From an uncultured delta proteobacterium (GTDB lineage Bacteria; Desulfobacterota; Binatia; DP-6): a stretch of 64,000 nt of DNA. A model generated the notes under the pieces. It was not told the origin of the DNA. It did no database searches and saw only the letters and a program-made list of their open reading frames with translations. Where the stretch lies: NCBI GenBank assembly GCA_963815115.1, contig CAWFFN010000005.1, forward strand, positions 384,001 to 448,000, given 5' to 3'. Position numbers and translations under genes: made by a program. The stretch's first letter is position 1. Each line of letters starts with the position of its first letter. This document shows positions 35,987 to 47,517 of the stretch, one piece after another.

Positions 35987-37513
35987 ATGGGGGCCGACAT
36001 GTCCGGACGATGGCAGACGGCGGCAGGTGCGCTGACGCTCGTACTCGCCCTGACGGCTGCGCCAGCCGATGCCGCCGCGGGCCCGGGGCAGCGTTGCGCC
36101 TCGACGAAGATCGACGCGACGGCGAAGGCCGCGCTGTGCCTGCTCGCGCTCGACGCGCGGGCAGCGGATGGGCGTGCCGCGGATGCCACGGCGCTCCAGC
36201 GCTGCCGGGATCGCCTCGCCGACCCGGGCCGGGGCGCATTTGCCCGCGCCGATCTCCGCGGCGGCTGTGCCATGGGCGGCGATGCGGCCCCCGTCGAGGC
36301 GCTGGTCGAGGAGCTGGTGAACGACCTCACCGTGGCGCTCGCGGTCGGAATCCCGAGCGGCTGCCAGGCCGCGAAGATCGCGGCGGCCGGCAAGGAGGCC
36401 TCGTGCCTGCTGCGCCTCCGTGCGCGCGAGGCGGCGGGCCGGGCGGTCGACCCGGCGAAGGTCCAGCGCTGCAGAGAGAAGCTCGCCGGAGCGTTCGTGG
36501 GCGCCGAGGCCCGCGGCGGGTGCGCCACCACGGCCGATGCGGGCGCCATCGGGGGCCGCGTCGAGGCGTTCGCCGGGGCGGTCGTCGCTGCCGAGCCCGT
36601 CCTGGCGACGTGCGCGACGGCAGGCTGTCCCGCGCCCCTGCCGTGCGACCCGACGGCCGGGCCGTGCTGGGTTCCACCGGCGCGGAGTCGCTGGCAGTAC
36701 CAGCTCGAGGCGGCGCAGACCGCGGGGGGAGACTGCGCCTTCCCGGCCACGGGCGGCATCGACACCGACGTCGCCGCCGTCCCCTTCACCGGCGGGGGCG
36801 CGGTGCCCCCGGCGGTGTTCGACATCGATTTCCTGGTCGACCCGATCTGTGTGCCGGGGGGAGGCAACGACGTCGACAATGCGGCCGCGGTCGCCGCCAT
36901 CCACGCCGCCGGCGGCAAGGCGATCTGCTACCTCGACGCGGGCACCGACGAGCCTTTCCGCCCCGACCACCAGGCGTACCTCGACTTCGACGCCGCCTGC
37001 GGCGGCTGCCTGCTCGGCAGGTCGGTCGCCGGCTTCGCCGAGGAACGCTGGCTCGACATCGACGACGGGCGGGGCCAGCGCACCTTCGTCCTCGGGCGCG
37101 TCGCCGCGCGGCTCGCGCGCTGCAGGGCAGACGGGTTCGACGCGGTCGAGTTCGACAACGTCGAGGGCTATGCGAACCGGACGGGCCTGCCGCTCTCCCA
37201 GGGCGCGCAGCTTCTGTTCAACGCGGCGCTCGCCAATCTCGCGCACGCACACGGCCTTGCCGTCGCGCTCAAGAACGATCTCGAGCAGATCCCCGCGCTG
37301 CTGCCGTACTTCGACATGGCCATCGACGAGCAGTGCCAGGAATTCGACGAGTGCGACGCGCTGACGCCCCTGGTTGCGGCCGGCAAGCCGGTATTCCAGG
37401 TCGAGTATCGGTCGTCCGCCGCCGACGCGTGCCCGCCGGCCAACGCCGCCGGCCGCAACGCCATCCTGAAGGCGGTCGACCTCTTCGGCGTGCCGTGGAC
37501 GCCGTGTCGCTGA
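35987..37513 (+). CDS. Secreted GH114-like endo-alpha-1,4-polygalactosaminidase with an N-terminal Cys-rich duplicated domain
   Basis: Signal peptide; WQYQL, ICYLDAG, GFDAVEFDNVEGY, LKNDLEQ, EQCQEFDEC, KPVFQVEY. Start may be 35999. Confidence 0.82.
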   Translation: MGADMSGRWQTAAGALTLVLALTAAPADAAAGPGQRCASTKIDATAKAALCLLALDARAADGRAADATALQRCRDRLADPGRGAFARADLRGGCAMGGDAAPVEALVEELVNDLTVALAVGIPSGCQAAKIAAAGKEASCLLRLRAREAAGRAVDPAKVQRCREKLAGAFVGAEARGGCATTADAGAIGGRVEAFAGAVVAAEPVLATCATAGCPAPLPCDPTAGPCWVPPARSRWQYQLEAAQTAGGDCAFPATGGIDTDVAAVPFTGGGAVPPAVFDIDFLVDPICVPGGGNDVDNAAAVAAIHAAGGKAICYLDAGTDEPFRPDHQAYLDFDAACGGCLLGRSVAGFAEERWLDIDDGRGQRTFVLGRVAARLARCRADGFDAVEFDNVEGYANRTGLPLSQGAQLLFNAALANLAHAHGLAVALKNDLEQIPALLPYFDMAIDEQCQEFDECDALTPLVAAGKPVFQVEYRSSAADACPPANAAGRNAILKAVDLFGVPWTPCR

Positions 37514-37528
37514 GCGGGCGCCCGCCGT

Positions 37529-38362
<834 letters not shown>

Positions 38363-38377
38363 GTGGTCTCCCTCTGT

Positions 38378-39301
38378 TCAGCCGACGCGTCGCGAGAGCG
38401 CACGGCCGGCCACGTTGACGATCAGGACGATGACGACGAGCACCAGGGCCGCGGCCCAGGCGAGGTCGATCTGGTTGTCGAAGGGTGAGCCCGAGAAGTT
38501 GTAGATCAGCACCGCCAGCGAGGCCGTGGGCTTCATCAGCTCGCCCAGCGTCTTGGGGAGGAACTCCGGCGCCGAACGGCTGATCCAGTATTCGCTGAAG
38601 AGGGCGGTGAAGAGCAGCGGGGCAGTCTCTCCCGCCGCCCGGGCGACCGCCAGCATCACGCCGGTGGCAACGCCGGGCATCGCCGTGGGCAACACGACCC
38701 GCAGGACCACCTGCGTGGGAGTCGCGCCCATGCCGATGGCGGCCTCGCGCATCCTCGGGGGGACGCGCTTGATCGCCTCCTCTGCCGTCAACAGGACGGT
38801 CGGCAGCATCAGCAGCGCGAGCGCGACGCCGCCGGCCGGCGCCGAGAAGCCGCCGGTCACGACGACTACTGCGGCGAACGCGAAGACGCCGGCGAGGATC
38901 GACGGAAGGCCGGTGAGCACCTTGGCACAGAAGCCCACCGCGGCCGCGGTGCGCGTGTCGGGACCGAACTCGGCGATGAAGATGGCCGCCAGGATGCCGA
39001 AGGGCACGCTGATGGCGGCGGCGATCCCCACCATGACCACCGTGCCGACGATGGCGTTGCCGAACCCGCCTCCGGGGGCGAGCGCCGCCGGCGGAAGCTC
39101 GCGGAACGTCGCCATGCCGAGTGTCCTGCCGCCGCGCGTGATGAGCAGATAGAGGACGGAGAAGAGCGGGATCAGGGCGGCGAAGGTCATGGTCCCGGTG
39201 AGGACGCTCATGGCCCAGCTGAACAGCGAGCGCGGCCGCCGCAGCGAGCGCTCCATGTCGGAGAAGTCTTCCGTCGCCGGCGTCCGCGCCCCGTCGGTCA
39301 T
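38378..39301 (-). CDS. pstA: Phosphate ABC transporter permease
   Basis: GGGFGNAIVGT, LPSILAG, ARAAGETAPLLFTA. Confidence 0.95.
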   Translation of the reverse strand: MTDGARTPATEDFSDMERSLRRPRSLFSWAMSVLTGTMTFAALIPLFSVLYLLITRGGRTLGMATFRELPPAALAPGGGFGNAIVGTVVMVGIAAAISVPFGILAAIFIAEFGPDTRTAAAVGFCAKVLTGLPSILAGVFAFAAVVVVTGGFSAPAGGVALALLMLPTVLLTAEEAIKRVPPRMREAAIGMGATPTQVVLRVVLPTAMPGVATGVMLAVARAAGETAPLLFTALFSEYWISRSAPEFLPKTLGELMKPTASLAVLIYNFSGSPFDNQIDLAWAAALVLVVIVLIVNVAGRALSRRVG

Positions 39302-40386
39302 CGCAGGCCCTTCAGCGCGGCGTCGGCGCGCTGCACGATCGCGGTCCCGACCACGTTCACCGCCAGCGTGATCGCCAGGAGGACCAGCGCGGCATACATC
39401 AGCGCGCCGACCTCCACCCCGCCAGCCTCGGGGAAATGATTCGCCAGCAGTGCGGCCAGCGTGTTCGCGGGCGAGAGCATCGACCAGCTGATCACGTTCG
39501 CATTGCCGGCGAGCATGGCGAGCGCCATGGTCTCGCCCAGTGCCCGGCCGAATCCCAGGATGATCGCACCGAGGATGCCGGTCGAGGCGGTGGGGACGAT
39601 GACGGCGAGGATGGCTTCCCAGCGCGTCGCCCCGAGCCCGAAAGCCGCCTCACGAAGCTTCGGCGGCACCTCGACCAGCGCATCGCGGGAGACGGCGGAG
39701 ATCGTCGGCAGCACCATGATGGCCAGCACCAGCGAAGCCGGCAGGATGCCCGGCCCGCTCAGCGTGGTACCGAACCAGGGAAGCCAGCCGAGGTGGTCGT
39801 GCAGCCAGTTCGCCGGAGGACGGATGAGCGGGATCACCACGAAGATGCCCCACAGGCCGTAGACCACGCTGGGCACGGCGGCGAGGAGCTCCACGGTGGT
39901 CTTGAGCATGTCCTCGATCCAGCCCGGCACCGACGACCAGCCGGGTCGATCGCTCAACCCGACCGCTTTCAGCGCGGCGTCGAGCCCGGCGGCGAGGAAC
40001 CCTTCGCTCAAAAAGATCGCGATGGCGATGCCGAATGCGCTACCGATCGCGACCCCGAGAAACGATGTGTAGAGCGTGCCGTAGATCGCGGGAAGGATGC
40101 CGAACTGTTGCTTGTTGGCGTCCCAGGTCTGTCCGGTGAGGAAACCCGTCCCGTAGTCCCGCATCGCCGGGAACGCCGAGCGCGCGATGTCCCACACCAC
40201 GTAGAAGACCAGGGCCACGGCTGCCCAGGCGACGAGCCGCGTGCCGGAGCGGAAGATGCGGTCGTTCCAGATCTCGCTCGCGGAGGGCGGGCGCGAGATG
40301 GAGTCGGCTTCCGGCGTCGCATCCACGGTGGTCCGGGCGTCCACGTCCCACCTCGATGCCGGATCGATCTCCTCGGGATGGCCCAT
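39298..40386 (-). CDS. pstC: Phosphate ABC transporter permease
   Basis: ELLAAVPSVVYGLWG, GATRWE, GRALGETMA. Confidence 0.95.
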   Translation of the reverse strand: MGHPEEIDPASRWDVDARTTVDATPEADSISRPPSASEIWNDRIFRSGTRLVAWAAVALVFYVVWDIARSAFPAMRDYGTGFLTGQTWDANKQQFGILPAIYGTLYTSFLGVAIGSAFGIAIAIFLSEGFLAAGLDAALKAVGLSDRPGWSSVPGWIEDMLKTTVELLAAVPSVVYGLWGIFVVIPLIRPPANWLHDHLGWLPWFGTTLSGPGILPASLVLAIMVLPTISAVSRDALVEVPPKLREAAFGLGATRWEAILAVIVPTASTGILGAIILGFGRALGETMALAMLAGNANVISWSMLSPANTLAALLANHFPEAGGVEVGALMYAALVLLAITLAVNVVGTAIVQRADAALKGLR

Positions 40387-41432
40387 CAGGAGATCTGTTC
40401 GAGGGCTTTCGTGACCGCGGTGACGACGCCGGCCGGAAGCGGAATGTACCCGAGCTCCTCGCTGAACTTCTGCCCGTCAGTCAGCCCGTACTGGATGACG
40501 CCCTTGAGCGCGTCCTTGATCTTCGGGTCGGCGTACTTCTTGTACGCCAGCAGCCAGGTGTAGGTGACGATGGGATAGGCCGTCGCTGCGGCGGGATCCG
40601 GGATCCACGCCCGCAGGTCGGCCGGAAGCTCGACGCTCGCCAGGGCCGCCTTCTCGCTCTCGGGGTCGGCCTTCACGTACTTGTTGCTCTTGTTCTCGAG
40701 GGTCGCCATCGGCATCTGCGTCTGCTTGGCGTAGCCGTACTCGACGTAACCGACCGCCCCCGGCGTCTGCTTGATCAGGGCGGTCACTCCGGGGTTACCC
40801 TTGCCACCCACGCCGACGGGAAAGTTCACCGACTTGCCCATGCCCGGCCCGCCCTTCCACGCGTCGCTGATCGCGCTCAGGTGCTGGGTGAAGACGAAGG
40901 TGGTGCCGCTGCCGTCGGAGCGCGTCACGGGCGTGATCTTCAGGTCCGGCAGGGTGACGCCCGGGTTGGCGCTCGCGATCTTCGGGTCGTTCCAGCTGGT
41001 GATCTTGCCGAGGAAGATGCCGGCGTACGCCTCGCGCGACAGCTTCAGCTCCGCCGGACCTCCCGGAAGGTTGTATGCGAGGACGACGCTGCCGGCCGTC
41101 ATCGGGAGCAGGACGACGCCGTCCTTGACCGCCGCGATCTCCTCGTCGGTCATGGCCGCGTCGCTGGCGCCGAAGTTGACCAGGCCTTCCTGGAACTGCT
41201 TGACGCCGGCGCCGCTGCCGAGCGCCTGGTAGTTGATCTGAACCTCGGGGTGCATCTTGTTGTACTCGGTGAACCAGCGCTGGTAGAGCGGCGCCGGAAA
41301 GGTGGCCCCCGTGCCCTGCAACGTGACGTCGGCGGCCCGGGCGCTTCCGCCGCCGAGGCCGCAGGTCGCCACGATCGCGGCGACCGTGAGCAGCACACCC
41401 CGGCGGGCCGACTTCGAATCCCTCGTCTCCAT
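40386..41432 (-). CDS. pstS: Phosphate ABC transporter substrate-binding protein
   Basis: GATFPAPLY, GSGAG, FGASD, RSDGSGTT, GKGNPGV; start METRDSK after GGGGAGG. Confidence 0.95.
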   Translation of the reverse strand: METRDSKSARRGVLLTVAAIVATCGLGGGSARAADVTLQGTGATFPAPLYQRWFTEYNKMHPEVQINYQALGSGAGVKQFQEGLVNFGASDAAMTDEEIAAVKDGVVLLPMTAGSVVLAYNLPGGPAELKLSREAYAGIFLGKITSWNDPKIASANPGVTLPDLKITPVTRSDGSGTTFVFTQHLSAISDAWKGGPGMGKSVNFPVGVGGKGNPGVTALIKQTPGAVGYVEYGYAKQTQMPMATLENKSNKYVKADPESEKAALASVELPADLRAWIPDPAAATAYPIVTYTWLLAYKKYADPKIKDALKGVIQYGLTDGQKFSEELGYIPLPAGVVTAVTKALEQIS

Positions 41433-41592
41433 ATCTGCCTCCCCAACCAGCGTCCAGGTGGAACAACGGAACTGACGCTCCCCTCGCAGGTTCCGAGGGT
41501 TTCGGTCGCTCGTGCGAGACATCGGGACGGTCGGTTCCCGTACGCGTAGGCTCAAGTAGAGCACAGGGAGGCTGTGGCCGCGTTGCGGGAGT

Positions 41593-41610
41593 ATTACAGT
41601 TGTGTGTCAG
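41593..41610 (-). promoter_or_regulatory. Pho box
   Basis: The minus strand reads CTGACAC-ACAA-CTGTAAT, an 11-bp-period direct repeat close to CTGTCAT-N4-CTGTCAC, ~160 bp upstream of pstS in the right orientation. Confidence 0.7.
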
Positions 41611-41828
41611 CATCTGGCGGTGCCCACGGGCATGGCATGCGCAGTCGATCCAGGCTACCGGCGACGGTCGCGACCCGGCGCGGAATGCCCGACCGCACCG
41701 CCGGGGATCGCGTTTCCGGCGCTGGCGCGCCTGACGGCGACCCCTGGCGCGCGAGTTGCCGGCACGGCATTTGAAGGTGGCGGGAGGCGACGCTACGCTC
41801 CGGCTCCAGAGGAGCCCGGATCGCCGCC

Positions 41829-43468
41829 GTGACCGCCATGGCCTCAAGCGTGCCAGCGCCCGTGGGCGTGGTCGCCGGCGCCCGGCAGTTCGCCCGCTCG
41901 GTCATCATGGGACTGGTGGCCGTCGGGGTGATGACGCTCGTCGCACCCGTGCTCAGCTACCGGGCCGACGAGGCCACCATCCGGCAGCAGCTCCAGCTTC
42001 GCGTCTCGCGCGAGGCGCAGGCGTATGCCCAGGCGCTCCGGCTGTACTTCGAGCTCCTGCAGAACGACCTGGAGCGCCTCGCGCTGCGCCCGGAGATCGA
42101 TCTCTTCGACGGGTCGACCGCGCCGGAGCAAGTGCTGCTCGACGCCACGCATCGGGGCTCGGCGCTGTTCGGCGTCGGGGTCGCCGTCCTCGGACGCGAT
42201 GGCCGTCCGGTCTGGAGCGAGCCGAGAGACGTCCTCGCGCCGGCGGTGAGCGTGCGCAGCCAGCGCTGGTTCCAGGAGGTGCTGGCCCGCGGCGCGCCGG
42301 TGTTCGACTCCACGGCCGCACGCTCGCGGACCTTCGTCATCGGCGTTCCCATCACCAAGAGTGGCGGGATCTCCGGGGTGCTGGCCGGGTTCTTGAACGC
42401 GTCGTCCCAGCTCTTGCCGGGATGGCAGCAGCTTCTCGCCAACGACGACCTGCTCGTGATGAACGCGGCCGGCGATCTCCTGCTCCCCGAAAGTCCGCCG
42501 TCGTGGGCGCAGCAGGTGGACATGTCCGCGCTGATCGACCGGCTGCTCGCCGAGCCCGAGGGCACGCTCGTCGATCTCGGCGGCCGCCACGAGCTCGCGG
42601 CCGCGACGCTGATCGGGTCCACCGGCCTGCGCCTCGTGCTGGTCGCGAACGAGGATCGCGTCATCGCGCCCGCCCGGCGGCGGCTCCTGTGGCAGCTCGG
42701 CGTGACCGGCCTCCTGCAGATCGCCGCCGTCCTGCTGTTCTCGATGTTCTTCCGGCGCATCTACAATACCTTCCTGCGGGTGGAGGCGCGCGCGGCCGAG
42801 CAGGAGCGGATGGCGGCACTCGGCGCCGCGGCGTCGCTCATCGCCCACGAGGTGAAGAACTCGCTGAACGGGCTGCGCGCGGCGGCGGCCATGCAGGACG
42901 CCGACGGTGCCGGCGGGCTCGCCGCTCGCGCCATCCGGGGACAGACCGATCGCCTCGCACACCTCGCCAGCTCGCTGCTCCACTTCGGCGCGCCCGCCGA
43001 GCCACGCTCGATGCGCGCGCGCCTCGACGTGCTGGCGCAGGAGGCCGTCGACGGCCTGCGCGTGCTGCCCGAGTTCGACGAGGTGCGCCTGACGACCGAG
43101 CTGTCGCAGGCCGTGCCGGTGACGTGCGACCCCCTGCTGCTCACCACGGCGCTCGACAACCTGATCCGCAACGCCATCGAAGCCACGGTGGTGGCGAAGG
43201 ACCTGGGAGCCGTCGCGGAGCCCGCGGTGACCGTGGCCGCGGGGCAGTCGAACGGGCACGCCTACGTGGTCGTCGAGGACAACGCCGGGGGACCGCCGTC
43301 GGACATCGAGGCGCATCTCTTCGAGCCGTTCGTCACCTCGAAGCCCAAGGGGATCGGGCTCGGGCTCTCCATGGCCCGGCGGGCGGTCGAGCAGCAGGGC
43401 GGGTCGCTGTCGTTCGAGCGCAGCGCAGCCGGCAGCCGCTTCACCATCCGCCTGCCGGCGGAGGGACC

Positions 43469-43484
<16 letters not shown>
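41829..43484 (+). CDS. Membrane sensor histidine kinase
   Basis: Two TM segments flanking a periplasmic domain; H-box AHEVKNSL, NLIRNA, FEPFVTSK, GIGLGL. Start uncertain (41829 or 41838). Confidence 0.92.
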
Positions 43485-44821
<1,337 letters not shown>

Positions 44822-44842
44822 CGCCGGGGCCCCGGCAGCGAC

Positions 44843-44890
44843 TGCAAGTTCCTTTCAGCGGCAGGACGCGAGGACTGAAAGATTCTTGAA
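44843..44890. promoter_or_regulatory. Imperfect inverted repeat, candidate enhancer (UAS) for the sigma54 activator
   Basis: TGCAAGTTCCTTTCAG...CTGAAAGATTCTTGAA, AT-richer than the flanks, 50-100 bp upstream of the -24 box. Confidence 0.55.
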
Positions 44891-44941
44891 GCCGCGGGCC
44901 TCCGCCACGGCGGGGGCCCACCCGGGACGGCCAGCCGCAGC

Positions 44942-44956
44942 TGGCCCGAAGATTGC
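44942..44956 (+). promoter_or_regulatory. Sigma54 -24/-12 promoter
   Basis: TGGCCC-GAAGA-TTGC with exact GG-N10-GC spacing, just downstream of a sigma54 activator gene and upstream of the efflux operon. Confidence 0.75.
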
Positions 44957-44972
44957 GAATAGGGGGTGAACC

Positions 44973-46289
44973 GTGCCGTCCGCCATGCGCCTTCTCCAGA
45001 CCCTGCTGCTGCTCGCCACCCTGGGGTCGCCCGCGTTCGCCCAGGACGTGCCGGCGAAGCTCGACCTCTCCCACGCCCCGGGCGACGACGTCATCGCCCA
45101 GCTCCTGTGGACGCGCTCGCCCGACCTGGTGGCCGCGCGCGCCAAGATGGCAACGGCGCAGAGCGACGTCGTGCGCTCCGGGCTGTTGCCGAACCCCTCG
45201 CTCGACGCGTCGTGGAACACCATTCCGGTCGGTCGAACCAATCCGCCCGACCTGAACGACCGCCTCGACCAGGTTCCCAACTACGCCTTCTCGCTGTCGA
45301 CGCTGGTCGAGATCGCCAAGCGCGGCCCGCGGCAACGTGCCGCGCGCAGCGCGTTCGACGCCGCCCTGCTCGACGCCTACGAGCTGCTGCGCCAGCGCTA
45401 CTACGACCTGAACGAGCGCATCGCGGAGGTGGCCGTCGCCCAGGTCCGCATCAGCGCGCTCGGCGACCTCGTCGCCGACGCGCACGCGCTCAGCCAGCTC
45501 CAGCACGAGCGAGCGAACCGCGGGGACACTCCGGGACTGGACGCGGACCGGGCCGCGCTCGAGGAGGAGAAGTACACGGCCAATCTGAGCGACGAACGCC
45601 AGAAGCTCTCGGAAGCGCTGCTCGAATGCTCGCACGTCGCCGGGGTGCCGTGCTCGGCGTTCGCCGGTGCGGACCAGGCGTCGGCCTTCCTGACGAACGG
45701 CGTGCCCGTCCCGGAGAGCGATCCCGAGCGGCGTCCCGACCTGCGCTCGCTGGCGGCGCAGCAGGACAGCGCGCGCGCGTCGCTCGAGCTGGCGCACAAC
45801 CGGCGCATCCCCGACCCGACCTTCCGCCTCGGCTACCTGTACGACCAGTTCACCATCTCCGGGAACCAGCGCAACAGCATCTTTGCGGGCGTCACGCTGC
45901 CGCTGCCGGTGTTCGACCACGGTCAGGCCGACGCGCTCCAGGCGGTGGCGTCGGAGGATGCGGCGGGGCGCGCCCGCGAGCTGCTGCGCACCCAGGCGGA
46001 GCGCGATGCGACCGCGCTGGCAGCGCAGGCGCGCGACCTCGCTGCCCGGCGCCGGACGCTGTCGGAGACGAGCCTCCCGCTGGCGCGCCGCCTCGTGGAT
46101 ACGCTCGAGAAGGCCGTCCGCCAGGGCGGAACGTCGCAGACCGAGCTGCTGCTCGCGCGGCGCGGTCTGGGCGAGCTGCTGCTCGACTCCGCCGACGTCC
46201 AGCAGCAGTCGTTCCACGTCGCCGCGGCACTGGCCCGCAACGGACCGACCGGTCCTCCGCCACCGGCCGACCTCGCCCCCGCACTCTGA
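44973..46289 (+). CDS. TolC/CzcC-family outer membrane efflux protein
   Basis: Signal peptide; LLPNPSL, RRPDLRS, LPLPVFDHGQ; first gene of a CBA-type operon. Start may be ATG 44985. Confidence 0.88.
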   Translation: MPSAMRLLQTLLLLATLGSPAFAQDVPAKLDLSHAPGDDVIAQLLWTRSPDLVAARAKMATAQSDVVRSGLLPNPSLDASWNTIPVGRTNPPDLNDRLDQVPNYAFSLSTLVEIAKRGPRQRAARSAFDAALLDAYELLRQRYYDLNERIAEVAVAQVRISALGDLVADAHALSQLQHERANRGDTPGLDADRAALEEEKYTANLSDERQKLSEALLECSHVAGVPCSAFAGADQASAFLTNGVPVPESDPERRPDLRSLAAQQDSARASLELAHNRRIPDPTFRLGYLYDQFTISGNQRNSIFAGVTLPLPVFDHGQADALQAVASEDAAGRARELLRTQAERDATALAAQARDLAARRRTLSETSLPLARRLVDTLEKAVRQGGTSQTELLLARRGLGELLLDSADVQQQSFHVAAALARNGPTGPPPPADLAPAL

Positions 46290-46309
46290 AGACGCTGATG
46301 GGAGCCGAC

Positions 46310-47509
46310 ATGACCAACGCCACGAATGCCATGCCCGATCCGCTTCACGATCGACCTCCGGTGCCACCGAGCCCACCGCGCCGGCGCGCGCTCGCGGGCG
46401 TCGTCCTCGTCGGCGCGCTCGCGCTCATCGCCTGGTTCGCGCTGCGCGGCGGTCACGAGCCGCCCGCGGCGACGTCGACCCTGAGCGTCGCCGGCGACGC
46501 CATCACGCTCTCCGAGAACGCGCCGCAGTGGAACTACCTGGAGCTCGCGGTGGCGGAGGAGAAGCCGGCCCTGTCGCCGCCGCCCGCGCCCGGCCGGGTC
46601 ACCTTCGACGAGAAGCGCAGCGCGGCGGCGGGGAGCCCGCTGCCCGGTCGCATCGAGCAGGTCCAGGTGCGGCTCGGCGATCAGGTGAAGACGGGTGACC
46701 GCCTGTTCGCGGTGCGTAGCGGAGCGCTCGCCGACCTGGACCGGGACCTCGAATCGGCACGCAACGAGGTGGCGGCCAAGACGCGCATCGCGGAGCGTGC
46801 CCGGGAGCTGGTCGCGTTGCGCGCGGCGCCGGAGAAGGATCAGCTCGCGGCGGAGGAGGATCTGCGCCAGTCGCAGCTCGCGCTGCGCGCGGCGACTGCC
46901 AAGCGCGAGAGCCTGAACGCCACCATCGAGGGCGACACGCGCTTCTGGGTGACGGCTCCGCGGGACGGCACGGTGGTCGAGCTGGACGCGTCGGCGGGCC
47001 TCGAGGTCGGGCCGGAGCGCGACAAGCCGCTGCTGCGACTGTCCAACATCGACCAGGTGCTGGTGCTCGCCGACCTCCAGGAGCAGGACGCCTACGACCT
47101 CTCCGTCGGTGCGCCGGTGACGATCCAGACTCCGACCGGGGATGTGAAACGTCGCGGCGTGGTCGAGCAGATATCGCAGGTGGTCGATCCGCAGCGCCAC
47201 ACGGTCGAGGTCCGGGCGCGGCTCGACAACGCCGACCACGCGCTGCGCCCGAACGCCTTCGTCGAGGTCAGCCTGGCTCCCGACCCGGCGCGGCAGCGTG
47301 TCCGGGTGCCGGGCGAGGCCGTGGTGAGCGACGGCAAGCAGAACGTGGTGTTCGTGACCCACGACGCCGGACGTCTCGAGCGGGTTCCCGTCACGGTCGG
47401 CCGGCGCCGCGACGGCGAGGTCGAGCTGCAGGACGGCCTGGCCCCCGGCACGCGCTACGTCGCGAAGGGCGCCATCCTCCTGCTCAACCAGATCGACCTG
47501 TCGACCTGA
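46310..47509 (+). CDS. RND periplasmic adaptor (CzcB/CusB-like MFP)
   Basis: One TM segment; PGRVTFDE, PGRIEQVQVRLGDQV, APRDGTVV, VDPQRHTVEVR, LRPNAF. Start chosen by GGAG RBS. Confidence 0.9.
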   Translation: MTNATNAMPDPLHDRPPVPPSPPRRRALAGVVLVGALALIAWFALRGGHEPPAATSTLSVAGDAITLSENAPQWNYLELAVAEEKPALSPPPAPGRVTFDEKRSAAAGSPLPGRIEQVQVRLGDQVKTGDRLFAVRSGALADLDRDLESARNEVAAKTRIAERARELVALRAAPEKDQLAAEEDLRQSQLALRAATAKRESLNATIEGDTRFWVTAPRDGTVVELDASAGLEVGPERDKPLLRLSNIDQVLVLADLQEQDAYDLSVGAPVTIQTPTGDVKRRGVVEQISQVVDPQRHTVEVRARLDNADHALRPNAFVEVSLAPDPARQRVRVPGEAVVSDGKQNVVFVTHDAGRLERVPVTVGRRRDGEVELQDGLAPGTRYVAKGAILLLNQIDLST

Positions 47510-47517
47510 GCGACCGC

